The notes below the pieces were generated by a model. That model saw only the letters and a list, made by a program, of their open reading frames with translations. It had not been told where the DNA came from and did not search any database. The translations under genes and the position numbers were made by a program. This document shows positions 28,750 through 39,625 of a stretch of 64,000 nucleotides of DNA, piece after piece (the first letter of the stretch is position 1; every line of letters begins with the position of its first letter). The stretch covers positions 1,024,001 through 1,088,000 of the forward strand of contig CAWJSJ010000002.1 in assembly GCA_963845565.1 (NCBI GenBank). Reading direction: 5' to 3'. The stretch comes from an uncultured Methylomirabilota bacterium (GTDB lineage: Bacteria > Methylomirabilota > Methylomirabilia > Methylomirabilales > 2-02-FULL-66-22).

Positions 28750-31582
28750 TCATCCGGTGGAGCGCATGGCGGTGGCGATGCCGTTGATGGTGAGGTGGAG
28801 CGGCCGGCGCAGGGCGGCCATGGTCTCGGCGTTCGCCTCCGCCCCGTCCGGTCCCTGCAGCGCGCGCATCCGCCGGAGCAGGCTCACCTGGATGTAGGAG
28901 AGCGGGTCCACGTAGGGATTCCGCAGGCGCAGCGACCGCTGGAGGCCCGGGTCGTTGTCCAGGAGCTCCACCTGTTCGGTGATGCCCAGGAGCACCTCGC
29001 GGCAGGTCTCGTACTCGGACCGGATGCGCTCGAAGATCCGGGCGCCCACGGCGGGATCCTGTACCAGGGACGCGTACCGGTGGGCGATCCCCATGTCCGC
29101 CTTTTCCATGGTCATCTGGGCATTCTCGATCACCCGGGTGAAGAACGGCCATTGGCGGTACATGGTGCGCAAGAGCGACAGGTGTTCCGCGGGATTCTCC
29201 GACAGGAAGCTCTTGAGGGCCGTGCCCATGCCGTACCAGCCGGGGAGGTAGTGGCGACTCTGGACCCAGGCGAACACCCACGGAATCGCCCGCAGGTCCT
29301 CGAAGCCGCTTGTACCATGCCGCCGAGCGGGCCGCGACGCGATATTCAGCCGACTGATCTCCTGGACCGGGGTCGCCTCCTCGAAGTACTGGAACGCGTC
29401 GGGGTCCTCGACCACCAGCGCCCGGTAGGCCCGGTGCGCCCGGTCGGAGATATCGGCCATCACGGCGGGCCAGGCGGGAGCGACGGCGGACGCCTCGTAC
29501 GCGCCGGTGCTGGTCTCCAGGACCGATGACGCGACCAGCTCCAGATTGCGCATCGCCACCTGGGCATCCCCGTACTTGTAGTGGATCATCTCCCCCTGTT
29601 CGGTGATCTTGATCTTCCCGCCCACGCTCCCGCGCGGCTGGGCGTGGATCGCCTCGTGCATGGGTCCGCCGCCGCGGCCCACCGTCCCGCCCCGGCCGTG
29701 GAAGATCCGGAGCTTCACGCCCTGCGACTGGGCCGACGCCGCCAGCCCCTGCTGTGCCACGTACAGCTCCCAGTTCGAGGTGAGGTAGCCGCCGTCCTTG
29801 CTGCTGTCGGAGTATCCCAGCATCACCTCCTGAATCCCCCCGCGGCCTGCGAGATGCGCCCGATACGCCCGATTGGCGTACAGCGCGTCCATGATGTGCG
29901 GGGCGGCGCGGAGGACGTGGATCTTCTCGAAGAGGGGCACCAGATCCAGCCGACTTTCGACCCCGCCGGTCTCCCGTGTGACGAGGCCGGCCTCCTTGGC
30001 CAGCAGCAGGGCCGCCAGGACGTCGCTGGGCTGCTCGGTCATGCTGATGATGAAGGCGGTGACTGCCGCGGGCGCCACCTCGGTCTGGGCACGTCGGATG
30101 ATCCGAAAGAGCTCGATGGTGTCCGTGGTGGTCGCGCTCCACCGGGCAAACGGCGGAATCAAGGGGCGCGGCGTCTCCAGCTCGCGCGTGAGGAGCGCTT
30201 GCCGTTCCGATTCGTCGAGCGAGCGGAGATCCCGGTCCGTCAGGCCGACCGCCAGCGCAATCTCCGCGACGGTCGCGCGGAGCGCCGCGGCATCCTGCCG
30301 GATGTCGAGGGGCGCCAGATGGAAGCCGAAGACGCTGACCTGGTCCATCATGGCCTGGACGATCCCCTCCGCGAGGCGTGCGCCGCGGTTGGCGGCGAGG
30401 CTCCCATGGATCAGGGCCAGGTCGGCCAGGAGTTCCGCGGCCTGGGCGTACGGCCACGCGTCCCCGGCAGGGCCGGGCGTTCCGGCGAGCCGCGCGTTGG
30501 CGAGCCGCGACGCGTCCAGCCGCCGGCCCATGCAGCGCAGCTTGCGCCGATACCACTCGGACTCGTTCCGCGAGTCCGCCCGCGCCTCCATCAGGCCGAG
30601 TCGCGCCTCGTCGGCTTCCACCGACGCACGCAAGTCTTCCTCCACCCCGACCTGTCCTTGCGACTGGCTGAGCGCCGCACCGAGGCGCTCGACCCCGGCT
30701 CGGTGCTTCCGCAACGCGAGATCCTTGTGCAGCCGCAGCGTCTCCCAGGTGGTCTCCAGCGTGACGTGGGGATTCCCGTCCCGATCGCCCCCGATCCACG
30801 AGCCGAGCCGGAAGAAGGGGGGGATGCGAAACGTCGTCTCGGGGTAATGTCTCCGCAGGGCATGTCGCAGATCGCGATAGATCCGGGGCAGCACCTCCCA
30901 CAGGACTTCGTCGAAGTAGAACAGGCCGTTGCGGACCTCGTCCTGGACCGTCGGCGGCCGGCGCCGGACTTCATCGCTCTGCCAGATGGCGGTGATGTCC
31001 GCGAGGATGTCGTCCTCCAGCCATCTCCTGCTCCCGAACCGTCAGGAGCTGCTGGTCCAGGGCGGCCAGGTGTCCGGAGATCCGCTGGGTCTTCTCCAGA
31101 ATGCTCCGCCGCTTGGCTTCCGTCGGATGCGCGGTGAGGACCAGCGTGATGTCCAAGGTGTGAAGCAGCGCCTGGAGATCCTGGGCGGCGACGCCGGCGC
31201 GGCGGCAGTGCGCCACCGCATGGTCGAGCGACCCGGGCCGGGAACCAGCCGGAGCCGCGAGCTCGTCCTGCCGGAGCTTTCGGGTCTCGTGAATCTGCTC
31301 GGCCACGTTGACGAGCTGCAGGAAGGTGGTAAATGCCCGGATGATCTGGCTGGAGGTCGGCAGGTCGAGACCCTCGGTCAGGCAGGCCATCTCCGCCTCC
31401 CGTTCCAGGGAAAAGGTCTGCCGGAGGTCCTTGCTCAGATTCCGGATCCGTTCTTCCGTCTCGAACAGCGCGCTGCCCGCTTGCTCCCGGATGACGTTCC
31501 CCAGGAGATTCCCAAGGCGGCGAATGTCGCCGCGCAGTGGGGCATCCCCGGCGGAAGGGTCTCGCAACGTATTCTCAGACAT
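28750..31582 (-). CDS. ppc: phosphoenolpyruvate carboxylase, +1 frameshift near 31021
   Basis: LTAHPTE, GSWIGGDRDGNP, VMLGYSDSSKDGG, FHGRGGTVGRGGGP, RAIPWVF, C-terminal MRSTG; split over ORFs 30971-31582 and 28750-30894. Confidence 0.93.
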
Positions 31583-31762
31583 GGTGCTCCCCGTGTTCCG
31601 GAGTCATTCGGGATGAGACGAGTCGTGCGCGTCGTGCAGGACGGTCATGCGGGGCGTTGAAAGAGTCTCACTTATGCGCCTTCTCACCGGTGACGCCGGT
31701 GGCAGGTCCACAATGCGCCACGGTCTCCCTTCCTGACTCGCGTTTCTCCGCCCTGTCGCGCT

Positions 31763-32872
31763 TCACCGGAACCGGTACATGTTGCGCGCAACGTCGTAAT
31801 GCAGCCGCCGCTCGGCGGCCGCGCCGTTGAACGCCTCGTCGAAGAACCGGCGGATGCGCTCGTTCTTCAGGACTGCGCCCTCGAAATAGGCATGCGAGTC
31901 GCCTACGTGTGCTTCTGTTGTGAAGTCAACGTACACCGCGCGCTGGGAGGTGAGTAGATACGGGTAGTGCCCAAGGCGCACCTTCTGTTCTTCGCCCATT
32001 TTCATGCGCGACGCAAGGAGGGCACCGTCCTGTTCGTTGATCGTGATGAAAATGCGCCCCCGACACTGGATGCGGTCGACCCACTCCGCGTGTTCCTCAT
32101 TGTTCGTGTCGGCCGCCACCAGTGCAACGTTGTCAAATAGGAGCACATTCCCGCGGTAGACTGACGATTGCAGTAGATGCTTGAAGAGGTAGTTGCCCAT
32201 ACTATGGAGCATCATGTTCACGCTGAACGGACACCAGCGCTCCGCTTGCGCACTGAAGAACCGATCCCACTTTTCGGCGTCGTTGGGAAAACGCAGATTC
32301 GCCTCGCGCTCAACGCGACGCACGTGCTCGTCGTGGATCTCCTGCAGATACTCTTGCATTCGCCCGAAACAGCGATCGAGCGCTCCGGTCGACGCAAGGG
32401 CATCCCGCTTGTCGCTCTTGTAGCTCACCACGCCGTGCGCACCGCCGCCGTTGGCCGGCCAGGTGAATGCAATGACCTCCACGCCGTAGTTCTTCTCCAA
32501 CTGCTCCGCGCGATCCAGCACCGCCTTCACATCGTTGTTGAAGCCGTGCACGAAGAACAGCAAATTCCGACCCTTCGCGGTACCGCCGGTCATCGCCGGA
32601 TTCACGCGCGCCAGCACCCTGCGAGCGACGTAGCGGCTCGCGAAGATCGGCTTGGGCTGGTTCGTCTGCGGATCGATCTCCGGTACGAGGCCCACCTCCG
32701 CCGCCATCGCGTCGGTGATCTCGTTGGGTAACAGTCTGACGCGCCACGTCCGCCCGGTCCGCGTAGCCTCGGCAAGACGGAGTTCGTTCGGCCCAAGAGC
32801 ATTCGGACACGACTTCAAGGCTTCGAGGTCGGTCCGTGATTCATCAACATCGCGATTGGTGACGATGAACAT
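31763..32872 (-). CDS. alpha/beta hydrolase, DUF900-like
   Basis: MFIVTNR, FFVHGFNN, FTWPA, HSMGN nucleophile elbow, VAAD. Confidence 0.8.
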   Translation of the reverse strand: MFIVTNRDVDESRTDLEALKSCPNALGPNELRLAEATRTGRTWRVRLLPNEITDAMAAEVGLVPEIDPQTNQPKPIFASRYVARRVLARVNPAMTGGTAKGRNLLFFVHGFNNDVKAVLDRAEQLEKNYGVEVIAFTWPANGGGAHGVVSYKSDKRDALASTGALDRCFGRMQEYLQEIHDEHVRRVEREANLRFPNDAEKWDRFFSAQAERWCPFSVNMMLHSMGNYLFKHLLQSSVYRGNVLLFDNVALVAADTNNEEHAEWVDRIQCRGRIFITINEQDGALLASRMKMGEEQKVRLGHYPYLLTSQRAVYVDFTTEAHVGDSHAYFEGAVLKNERIRRFFDEAFNGAAAERRLHYDVARNMYRFR

Positions 32873-32887
32873 GGTGGATCTCCTGTT

Positions 32888-32940
32888 AGGAGCCGTTACG
32901 AAATAACCTATACATCTCTTTCTATTTCGTTACGGCTCCT
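32888..32940. mobile_element. 53-bp inverted-repeat element (mini-MITE-like)
   Basis: AGGAGCCGTTACGAAATA ... TATTTCGTTACGGCTCCT (18-bp IR, one mismatch). Confidence 0.5.
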
Positions 32941-32943
32941 TAT

Positions 32944-32987
32944 GCCGTTTCGGAATGTCTCCGCTCAACTAATTCTTTGACAACGGC
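32944..32987. mobile_element. about 45-bp GCCGTT...AACGGC mini-element, copy 1
   Basis: near-identical to 37069-37113; abuts the TAA stop of the lactonase gene. Confidence 0.6.
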
Positions 32988-34089
32988 TTAGTCGAAGCTG
33001 ACGATCTCCACCCAGTTCGAATCCTTGCCCGTCGGGTACTTTTCAAGCAGCGTGAGCGCGCCGTTCGCCTCGATCGCGTAGACCGAGATCGTGTCCGACA
33101 GCTCACCGCTGACGACCATGAACTTGCCATTGGGATCGATGCGGAAGCCGCGCGGCTGCTTCTCGATCGGCGTGCTCGCGAGATAGGTGAGCTTGCCGGT
33201 GGCCGCGTCGACGCTGAACGCGCCGATCGTGCTGCTGGTGCGCTCCGCGGCGTACAGGAACTTGCCGTCGGGTGTCAGGTGCAGGTCGGAGGCCCAGATG
33301 TCGTTCGACACGTCGCGCGGCGTCTGACCCTCCCCGGCCGGGCCGCGCGGCGCGCCCGGCTGGAGCTTGCTGTCCGGCGGCAGGACCGATGCCTCGCTCA
33401 CCTCGCGGAGCAGGCCCGTCTTCTGGTCGAGCGACAGGGTGGTGACCGTGGCCGTCAGTTCGTTCAGCAGGTACGCGAACTTGTTGTCGCCGGAGATGAT
33501 GATGTGACGCGGGCCGGTCCCGGCCTTCATCTGGACGACCGGCGGCGTGTTCGCCGTCAGCTTGCCGGTCTTCGCGTCGAAGCGGAACTGGAAGATCTGG
33601 TCGGTGCCGAGGTGCGGCACGTAGACGAAGCGGTTGGTTCTGTCGGTGATGATGGAGTGTGCATTGCGGGCCGTGGGGATCACCTGCAGTGGCTCGGACA
33701 CCTGGCCGTCCTTGCCGATGGGGTTGACGCTGACCAGGTGGCCGCCGTAGGACGCGCCGAGGAGGTACCGCCCGGTCTTGTCCACGTGGATGTAAGGGAG
33801 ACTCTCGGCGAGCGGTCCCTCCGAGAGCGCGCTTCAGCGCGCCCGTCTTGCGGTCGATCGCGTAGGTGACCACCGTGTAGGGCTTGGCGCGGACCGCGGC
33901 AAAGAGGAACCGCTTGTCCGGGCTGACGCTCATCGGCCTCACCAGCTTGCCCGCCTCGACGCGCCCCCCCGGCTTCAACGTGCCGTCGCTCTCCATCGTG
34001 TACATCCCGATGTCGCCGTCTTCGGCGTTCGACACATAGACATAGGTCGCCGCGTGCGCGGTGCCCCGAGTCGTGATGCGCGCTGACAA
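32988..34089 (-). CDS. lactonase / 6-phosphogluconolactonase-family beta-propeller, copy 2 (+1 frameshift near 33829, shortened signal peptide)
   Basis: YVYVSNAEDG, ARNAH, GPRH, WASDLHLTPDGKFLYAAERT, QPRGF; close paralogue of the adjacent gene. Confidence 0.8.
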
Positions 34090-34099
34090 GGCAACCTCC

Positions 34100-35239
34100 T
34101 TATTGGGCGAAGCTGACGATCTCCACCCAGTTCGAGTCCTTGCCCGTCGGATACTTGTTCAGGAGCTTGAGCGCGCCACTCGCCTCGATCGCGAAGACGG
34201 AGATCGTGTCCGACTGCTGGCCACTGACGACCATGAACTTGCCATTGGGGTGGATGCGGAAGCCCCGGGGCTGCTTCTCGACCGGCGTGCTCGACAGATA
34301 CGTCAGCTTGCCGGTGGCCGCGTCGACACTGAACGCGCCGAGCGTGCTGCTGGTGCGCTCGGCGGCGTACAGGAACTTGCCGTCGGGTGTCAGGTGCAGG
34401 TCGGAGGCCCAGATGTCGTTCGACACGTCGCGCGGCGCCTCACCCTGCCCTGCCGGGACGCGCGGTACGCCCGGCTTCAGCTTGGAGTCCGGCGGTAGCG
34501 CCGAGGCTTCGCTCACCTCGCTGAGCAGGCCCGTCTTCTGGTCAAGCGACAGCGTGGTCACCTTGGCCGTCAGTTCGTTCAGCAGGTACGCGAACTTGTT
34601 GTCGCCGGAGATGATGATGTGGCGGGGGCCGTACCCGGCCTTGATCTGGACGGTCGCCGGAGTGTTCGACGTCAGCTTGCCGGTTTTTGCGTCGAAGCGG
34701 AACTGGAAGATCTGGTCGGTGCCGAGGTGCGGCACAAACGCGTACTTGTTGGTCTTGTCGGTGATGATGGCGTGCGCGTTGCGAGCGGTCGGGATCACCT
34801 GGTTTTCCGCGCCCACCTTGCCGTCCTTGCCGATGGGGTTGACGGTGACCAGGTGGCCGCCGTAGGACGCGCCGAGGAGCCACCGGCCGGTCTTGTCGGC
34901 GTAGATGTATGGGTGGCTCTCGATGAGCGTCCCCTTCGACACCTGCTTCAGCGCGCCCGTCTTGCGGTCAATCGCGTAGGTGATCGCCGTGTAGGGCTTT
35001 GTGCGGACCGCGGCGAAGAGGAACCGCTTGTCCGGGCTGACGCTCATCGGCATCACCAGCTTGCCCGCCTCCACAAAGGCTCCCTGCTTCATCGTGCCGT
35101 CGCTCTCCATCGTGTACATCCCGATGTTGCTGTCCTCGGCGTTCGACACATAGACATATGTTGCCGCGTGCGCGGCCCCGGCGGCCATGATGAGCAGAGA
35201 CAAGGCGACCCCCTTGACCAGGTTGGCGAATGCGGTCAT
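34100..35239 (-). CDS. exported lactonase / 6-phosphogluconolactonase-family beta-propeller, copy 1
   Basis: signal peptide ending AHA-A; same motifs as copy 2. Confidence 0.88.
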   Translation of the reverse strand: MTAFANLVKGVALSLLIMAAGAAHAATYVYVSNAEDSNIGMYTMESDGTMKQGAFVEAGKLVMPMSVSPDKRFLFAAVRTKPYTAITYAIDRKTGALKQVSKGTLIESHPYIYADKTGRWLLGASYGGHLVTVNPIGKDGKVGAENQVIPTARNAHAIITDKTNKYAFVPHLGTDQIFQFRFDAKTGKLTSNTPATVQIKAGYGPRHIIISGDNKFAYLLNELTAKVTTLSLDQKTGLLSEVSEASALPPDSKLKPGVPRVPAGQGEAPRDVSNDIWASDLHLTPDGKFLYAAERTSSTLGAFSVDAATGKLTYLSSTPVEKQPRGFRIHPNGKFMVVSGQQSDTISVFAIEASGALKLLNKYPTGKDSNWVEIVSFAQ

Positions 35240-35758
35240 TGGCTCCCCCTTTCTTCGATCACACAGGTCGGACGGAAGGCTTGGGCAAGGCCGGTTTGCT
35301 GCCGCCCGGGAGCCGGCCCACGTCCCCAGGCGAATCCCAACAGCGCTGTTTCTGGCGCGCGGTTCAGGGATGGGGTGAGTATCCGGCGGGCTCGAATCTG
35401 TTGTCAACAGGAAAGGATGGACGGATGAGACGCCCTGACGCGATGCAGATGCTTACCAGGCTTACTCTGGAGCACACAGGGTCCCGCAGCGCCAGACCAC
35501 CGTCCCGCCAACGTGGTGTTGCGAGCACGGAGGGGCGTTCCATCCGGACCGTCGCCAGTTTCAGTCCCGGCGGTTTTCCTTGACACGCGGGCGCGGTCTG
35601 CGGTACGGACGAGCCTGCGCAATCGGGGCGGCGGCCCCGAACGTACATGTCTATCGGCTGGCGGAGTGGAGCGAGCGCCGCGCCCGGGGAGGTGATCAAG
35701 GCCGCCGCCAAAACGCTCCACTGCGCCAAGAACAAGGATCGCAATCCGACAGCCGCTG

Positions 35759-36895
35759 ATGCCGCTCGACAATCTTCGTTTCACGGTGCTGCTTGCGCTT
35801 TCCCTGCACGCCGCGTTTGCCGGCGTCCGCGTCAACCTGTCGCTGTTCGCGCTCAGCCTGCACGCCTCACCATTCACGGTCGGCTTGATCCTTTCGCTGC
35901 TCGCCCTGCTGCCGACGCTGTTCTCGGTGCACGCGGGACGCATCATCGACCACATCGGCGTGCGCCGGCCGCTCCTGGCCGGCACCGCATCCGTCATCTG
36001 CGGCATTGCGCTCGCCTTCCTCGTGCCGCGGCTCGAAATGCTGTTTCTGGTGAGCTGTCTCGTCGGCTCGGGGTTCATGCTGGTTCATATCGCGGTCAAC
36101 CACATGGCGGGCGGGATGGGCCCGCCGCAGGACCGTGCCATGAATTACAGCCTGCTCGCGCTTGGGTTTTCCACGTCTGGTTTTCTCGGGCCGATGATCG
36201 CCGGCTTTGCGATCGACTGGATCGGGCACCGCCGCACGTTCCTGCTGCTCGGAGGCTTCGCGCTGCTGACGCTGGTCGGATTGCTCGCCCGGCGCGTGGA
36301 GATCCCACGACATCAAGCTCCTGAGCCGACCGGCGAGAAACCGCGCCTGAGCGACTTGTTCAGGAACCGCACGTTGCGCTACGTGTTCCTGGCGAGCGGC
36401 GTGCTGTCGCCGGCCTGGGACTTGTTCACGTTCGTGGTGCCGATCCATGGCTCGCAGATCGGCCTGTCGGCGACGGAGATCGGCATGATTCTCGGCGCCT
36501 TCGGCGCGGCGATTTTTGTCGTGCGTCTGATGGTGCCGTTGCTCCTGCACCGCGTCGGCGAGTGGCGGATGCTGATCGTCGCGATGCTGTCGGCGGGCAC
36601 GACCTACTTCGCGTTCCCGCTGGTCCACGGCATGCCGCTCTTGCTGACGTTCGCGTTCGTTCTCGGCATGGGCCTGGGCGGCGCGCAGCCGATGATCATG
36701 TCGCTGCTCTCCGCCAAGGCGCCGCCGGGCCGCGCCGCCGAAGCCATCGGCGTGCGTTCGCTGATCATCAACATGAGCCAGACCGGGATGCCGCTGCTCT
36801 TCGGGGCGCTCGGTGGGGCACTCGGCATGACCCCGGTGTTCTGGGCCATGGCGGTGTGCCTCGTGGTCAGCGGCACAATCGCGCGAAAGCGGTAG
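35759..36895 (+). CDS. MFS transporter
   Basis: about 12 hydrophobic helices; GRIIDHIGVRR motif A. Confidence 0.88.
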   Translation: MPLDNLRFTVLLALSLHAAFAGVRVNLSLFALSLHASPFTVGLILSLLALLPTLFSVHAGRIIDHIGVRRPLLAGTASVICGIALAFLVPRLEMLFLVSCLVGSGFMLVHIAVNHMAGGMGPPQDRAMNYSLLALGFSTSGFLGPMIAGFAIDWIGHRRTFLLLGGFALLTLVGLLARRVEIPRHQAPEPTGEKPRLSDLFRNRTLRYVFLASGVLSPAWDLFTFVVPIHGSQIGLSATEIGMILGAFGAAIFVVRLMVPLLLHRVGEWRMLIVAMLSAGTTYFAFPLVHGMPLLLTFAFVLGMGLGGAQPMIMSLLSAKAPPGRAAEAIGVRSLIINMSQTGMPLLFGALGGALGMTPVFWAMAVCLVVSGTIARKR

Positions 36896-37065
36896 CAGGC
36901 TGCTGAAAAAGGCCCATCTGCTGCGTTGGAGCGCCTCGCCGCTCGCTGCGGCGTACCCCCAGTACGCCTGGACCCAGCTGCGCTGGGTACCCCGGCCTCC
37001 GGCGTGCCGCCTTGCATCTGGGCCTTTTTGAGCAGCCTGGGAAAAAACGGGTCTTTCAGCATCCT
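36896..37065 (+). mobile_element. MITE family 1, copy 1
   Basis: CAGGCTGCTGAAAAAGGCCCATCTG...CATCTGGGCCTTTTTGAGCAGCCTG inverted ends; starts right after the TAG stop. Confidence 0.8.
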
Positions 37066-37068
37066 TAT

Positions 37069-37113
37069 GCCGTTTCCGGAATTTCTCCGGTCAAGTTATT
37101 CTTTGAAAACGGC
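37069..37113. mobile_element. about 45-bp GCCGTT...AACGGC mini-element, copy 2
   Basis: matches 32944-32987. Confidence 0.6.
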
Positions 37114-37299
37114 TTGGCGCCACCCCTCACATGGTGAGAGCCTGAGCGAGGGCGGAATGCGCCTCCGGATCTCGTCCCGAAAGACAGGGGATTGGACTTC
37201 CGCCCGGATGACATTGGGGGCTGTCGGGTCGAAGAGGATAAACCGAACGCCACCCGAGCCGTAACGCGCTCGGGCGGCGTTCGTCGAGGAGAGGGGACG

Positions 37300-39600
37300 T
37301 CAGGAGACTGCGGACGGCTGGGCCGAACCTCCCGACCAGCTTGTCACTTTCTGTTGCTGGGGCTCGTAGCTCCAACCGAGCCAGAGGCCCAGGAGGAACC
37401 AGACCAGCGCGAGTGTACCCGCCAGGAACACGGTGTCGCCGACGATCCGGAGCCACCGCAGCGTGACCATCCAGGGGAGCTGCAGGAAGTCCGCGCTTCG
37501 CGCGTACCAGAGGCCGTGCTCCACGCTCGCCCAGGTCTGGGCCAGTCCAACCGGAAGGAGGCTCAGCGCGATCATGAGCGCCAGACCGACGTTCATCGCC
37601 CAGAAGGACGCGCCCAGCCAGCGCTCGCGCCAGGGCCGCTCGCGGGTGAGATGGCGCGCAACGACCAGGACCAGGCCGAGCGCGAGCAGGCCGTAGACGC
37701 CGAAGAGGGCGGCGTGGCCGTGGACGGGGGTGGTATTCAGCCCCTGCATATAGTAGAGAGCGAGCGGCGGGTTGATCATGAAACCGAAGAGGCCGGCGCC
37801 CACCAGGTTCCAGAAGGCCACGCCGACGAAGAACCGGATCGGCCAGCGATAGCGGCGCATCCAGGGGGCCGCGACCTGCAGCCGGCTGGTCCGGTACGCC
37901 TCCATCCCGATGAGCACGAGCGGTACGACCTCCAGGGCGCTGAAGCTCGCGCCCACCGCCATGATGGGCGTCGGCGTCCCGCTGAAGTAGAGATGGTGGA
38001 ACGTCCCCGGAATCCCGGCGAACAGGTACAGGCTGCTCGAGGCGATCACGGCGGTGCCGGCACTGGCCGGCCTGATCAGCTGCATCTTGGCGAAGATGAA
38101 GGCCAGGGCCGCTGTGGCGAAGACCTCGAAGAAGCCCTCGACCCAGAGATGGACCACCCACCAGCGCCAGTACTCCATGACCGAGAGGTGCGTCCGGGCG
38201 CCGAAGAAGAAGCCGGCCGCGTACAGGAGGCCGATGGCCGCGCTCGCCCCGGTGAACATCAGGACCAGGGGCCGCGCGGTGTCCTTGGTTCGGAGGGCCG
38301 GCCACAGCCCCCGCAGCATCAGGCCCAGCCACAGCACCAGACCCGCGAACAGGGCGATCTGCCAGGCGCGGCCCAGATCCACGTACTCGTACCCCTGGTG
38401 GCCGAACCAGAAGCCCGCGTTCAGGCTGAGCTTCTGCTGAATGCTCAGCCACTCGCCGGCGAGGGATCCGACCACGACCAGGAGGAGCGCGCCAAACAAG
38501 GCGTTCACGCCCAGGCGCTGGAACCGGGGCTCCCGCCCCCCGACGGCCGGAGCCAGAAAGAGGCCGGCGGCCAGGAAGGCCGTCGCGATCCAGAAGATCC
38601 CCGTCTGGATGTGCCACGTCCGGGTGAGGCTGTAGGGCAGATACTGCCCCAGCGGGAAGCCGTAGAAGGCCTGCCCCTCCACGGTGTAGTGGGCGGTCAG
38701 TATGCCCAGCCCCACCTGCACCAGGAATAGCCCGGCCACCACGGCCACGTACTTGGCGACGGCCCGCATCGATGGCGTCAGGGTGAGGCCGCTCATCGGG
38801 TCCTCGGCGGGCGGCGTGACCGGTTCCTCCGCGTCGCCCCGGAACGCCATCCACCACACCACGGCGCCCACCCCGGCCAGCAGCACGGTGATGCTGATCA
38901 CGGTCCAGAGGATATTGGCGCCCGTCGGCCGGTTCCCTACCAAGGGTTCGTGCGGCCAGTTATTGGTGTAGGTCACCGTGCTGTCGGGCCGCTCGGTGGT
39001 CGCCGCCCAGCTCGTCCAGAAGAAGAAGTGCGCAAGGACGTCCAGCCGAACCGGATCGCCGACCGCCACCTCCTGCATGGCATAGTCCTCGCGAAGCTTC
39101 CGCAGGGACGGATCGCCGCCGTAGAGCGCCTTGTAATGGGCGGCGACCCGGGTAACGGCCTTCGCCCGTTCGGCGGAGATCGTGACGTTCCCCGTCGCCG
39201 GATCATACGTGTTCCGTCGCATCTCGCCCCGCAGCCGCTCGCGCAAGACGGCCTGCCGGTCGAGGGGCAGCGCGGCGAAGCCCGGCGCGCCCTCCGCTTC
39301 GGCCCAGACGTCCAGCAGGGCCAGCGCCTCGCGATGCAGCCAGTCGGCCGACCAATCCGGAGCCTGGTACGCCCCATGACCCCAGACGGTGCCCATCTGC
39401 TGCCCGCCCGTGGATTGCCAGACCTGCTGCCCGTCCAGGATGCTGTCCCGGGTCATCAGGACGGCGCCGGCCGGGGTCACAACCTTCGTGGGGATCGGCG
39501 GGGCCTGGCGGTACACCTCCCGGCCGAAGAATCCAAGGATCAGGAAGGCGACCAGCAGCGTGCCTCCGAAGACCAGCCAGTGTTTTGTGGTGCGGGGCAT
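37300..39600 (-). CDS. norB: quinol-dependent nitric oxide reductase (qNor)
   Basis: GHGAYQAPDWSAD, RTWHIQ, WWVVHLWVEGFFEVF, GTFHHLYF, FSALEVVPL, HGHAALFGVYG. Confidence 0.95.
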   Translation of the reverse strand: MPRTTKHWLVFGGTLLVAFLILGFFGREVYRQAPPIPTKVVTPAGAVLMTRDSILDGQQVWQSTGGQQMGTVWGHGAYQAPDWSADWLHREALALLDVWAEAEGAPGFAALPLDRQAVLRERLRGEMRRNTYDPATGNVTISAERAKAVTRVAAHYKALYGGDPSLRKLREDYAMQEVAVGDPVRLDVLAHFFFWTSWAATTERPDSTVTYTNNWPHEPLVGNRPTGANILWTVISITVLLAGVGAVVWWMAFRGDAEEPVTPPAEDPMSGLTLTPSMRAVAKYVAVVAGLFLVQVGLGILTAHYTVEGQAFYGFPLGQYLPYSLTRTWHIQTGIFWIATAFLAAGLFLAPAVGGREPRFQRLGVNALFGALLLVVVGSLAGEWLSIQQKLSLNAGFWFGHQGYEYVDLGRAWQIALFAGLVLWLGLMLRGLWPALRTKDTARPLVLMFTGASAAIGLLYAAGFFFGARTHLSVMEYWRWWVVHLWVEGFFEVFATAALAFIFAKMQLIRPASAGTAVIASSSLYLFAGIPGTFHHLYFSGTPTPIMAVGASFSALEVVPLVLIGMEAYRTSRLQVAAPWMRRYRWPIRFFVGVAFWNLVGAGLFGFMINPPLALYYMQGLNTTPVHGHAALFGVYGLLALGLVLVVARHLTRERPWRERWLGASFWAMNVGLALMIALSLLPVGLAQTWASVEHGLWYARSADFLQLPWMVTLRWLRIVGDTVFLAGTLALVWFLLGLWLGWSYEPQQQKVTSWSGGSAQPSAVS

Positions 39601-39625
39601 GTTGTTCTCCTCTTCGACTCAGGTA

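Noticed and set aside
37300..39600. qNor as a possible NO dismutase (Nod)
   Set aside because: It keeps the canonical qNor residues (GTFHHLYF His pair, FSALEVVPL Glu, RTWH) that are substituted in Nod.
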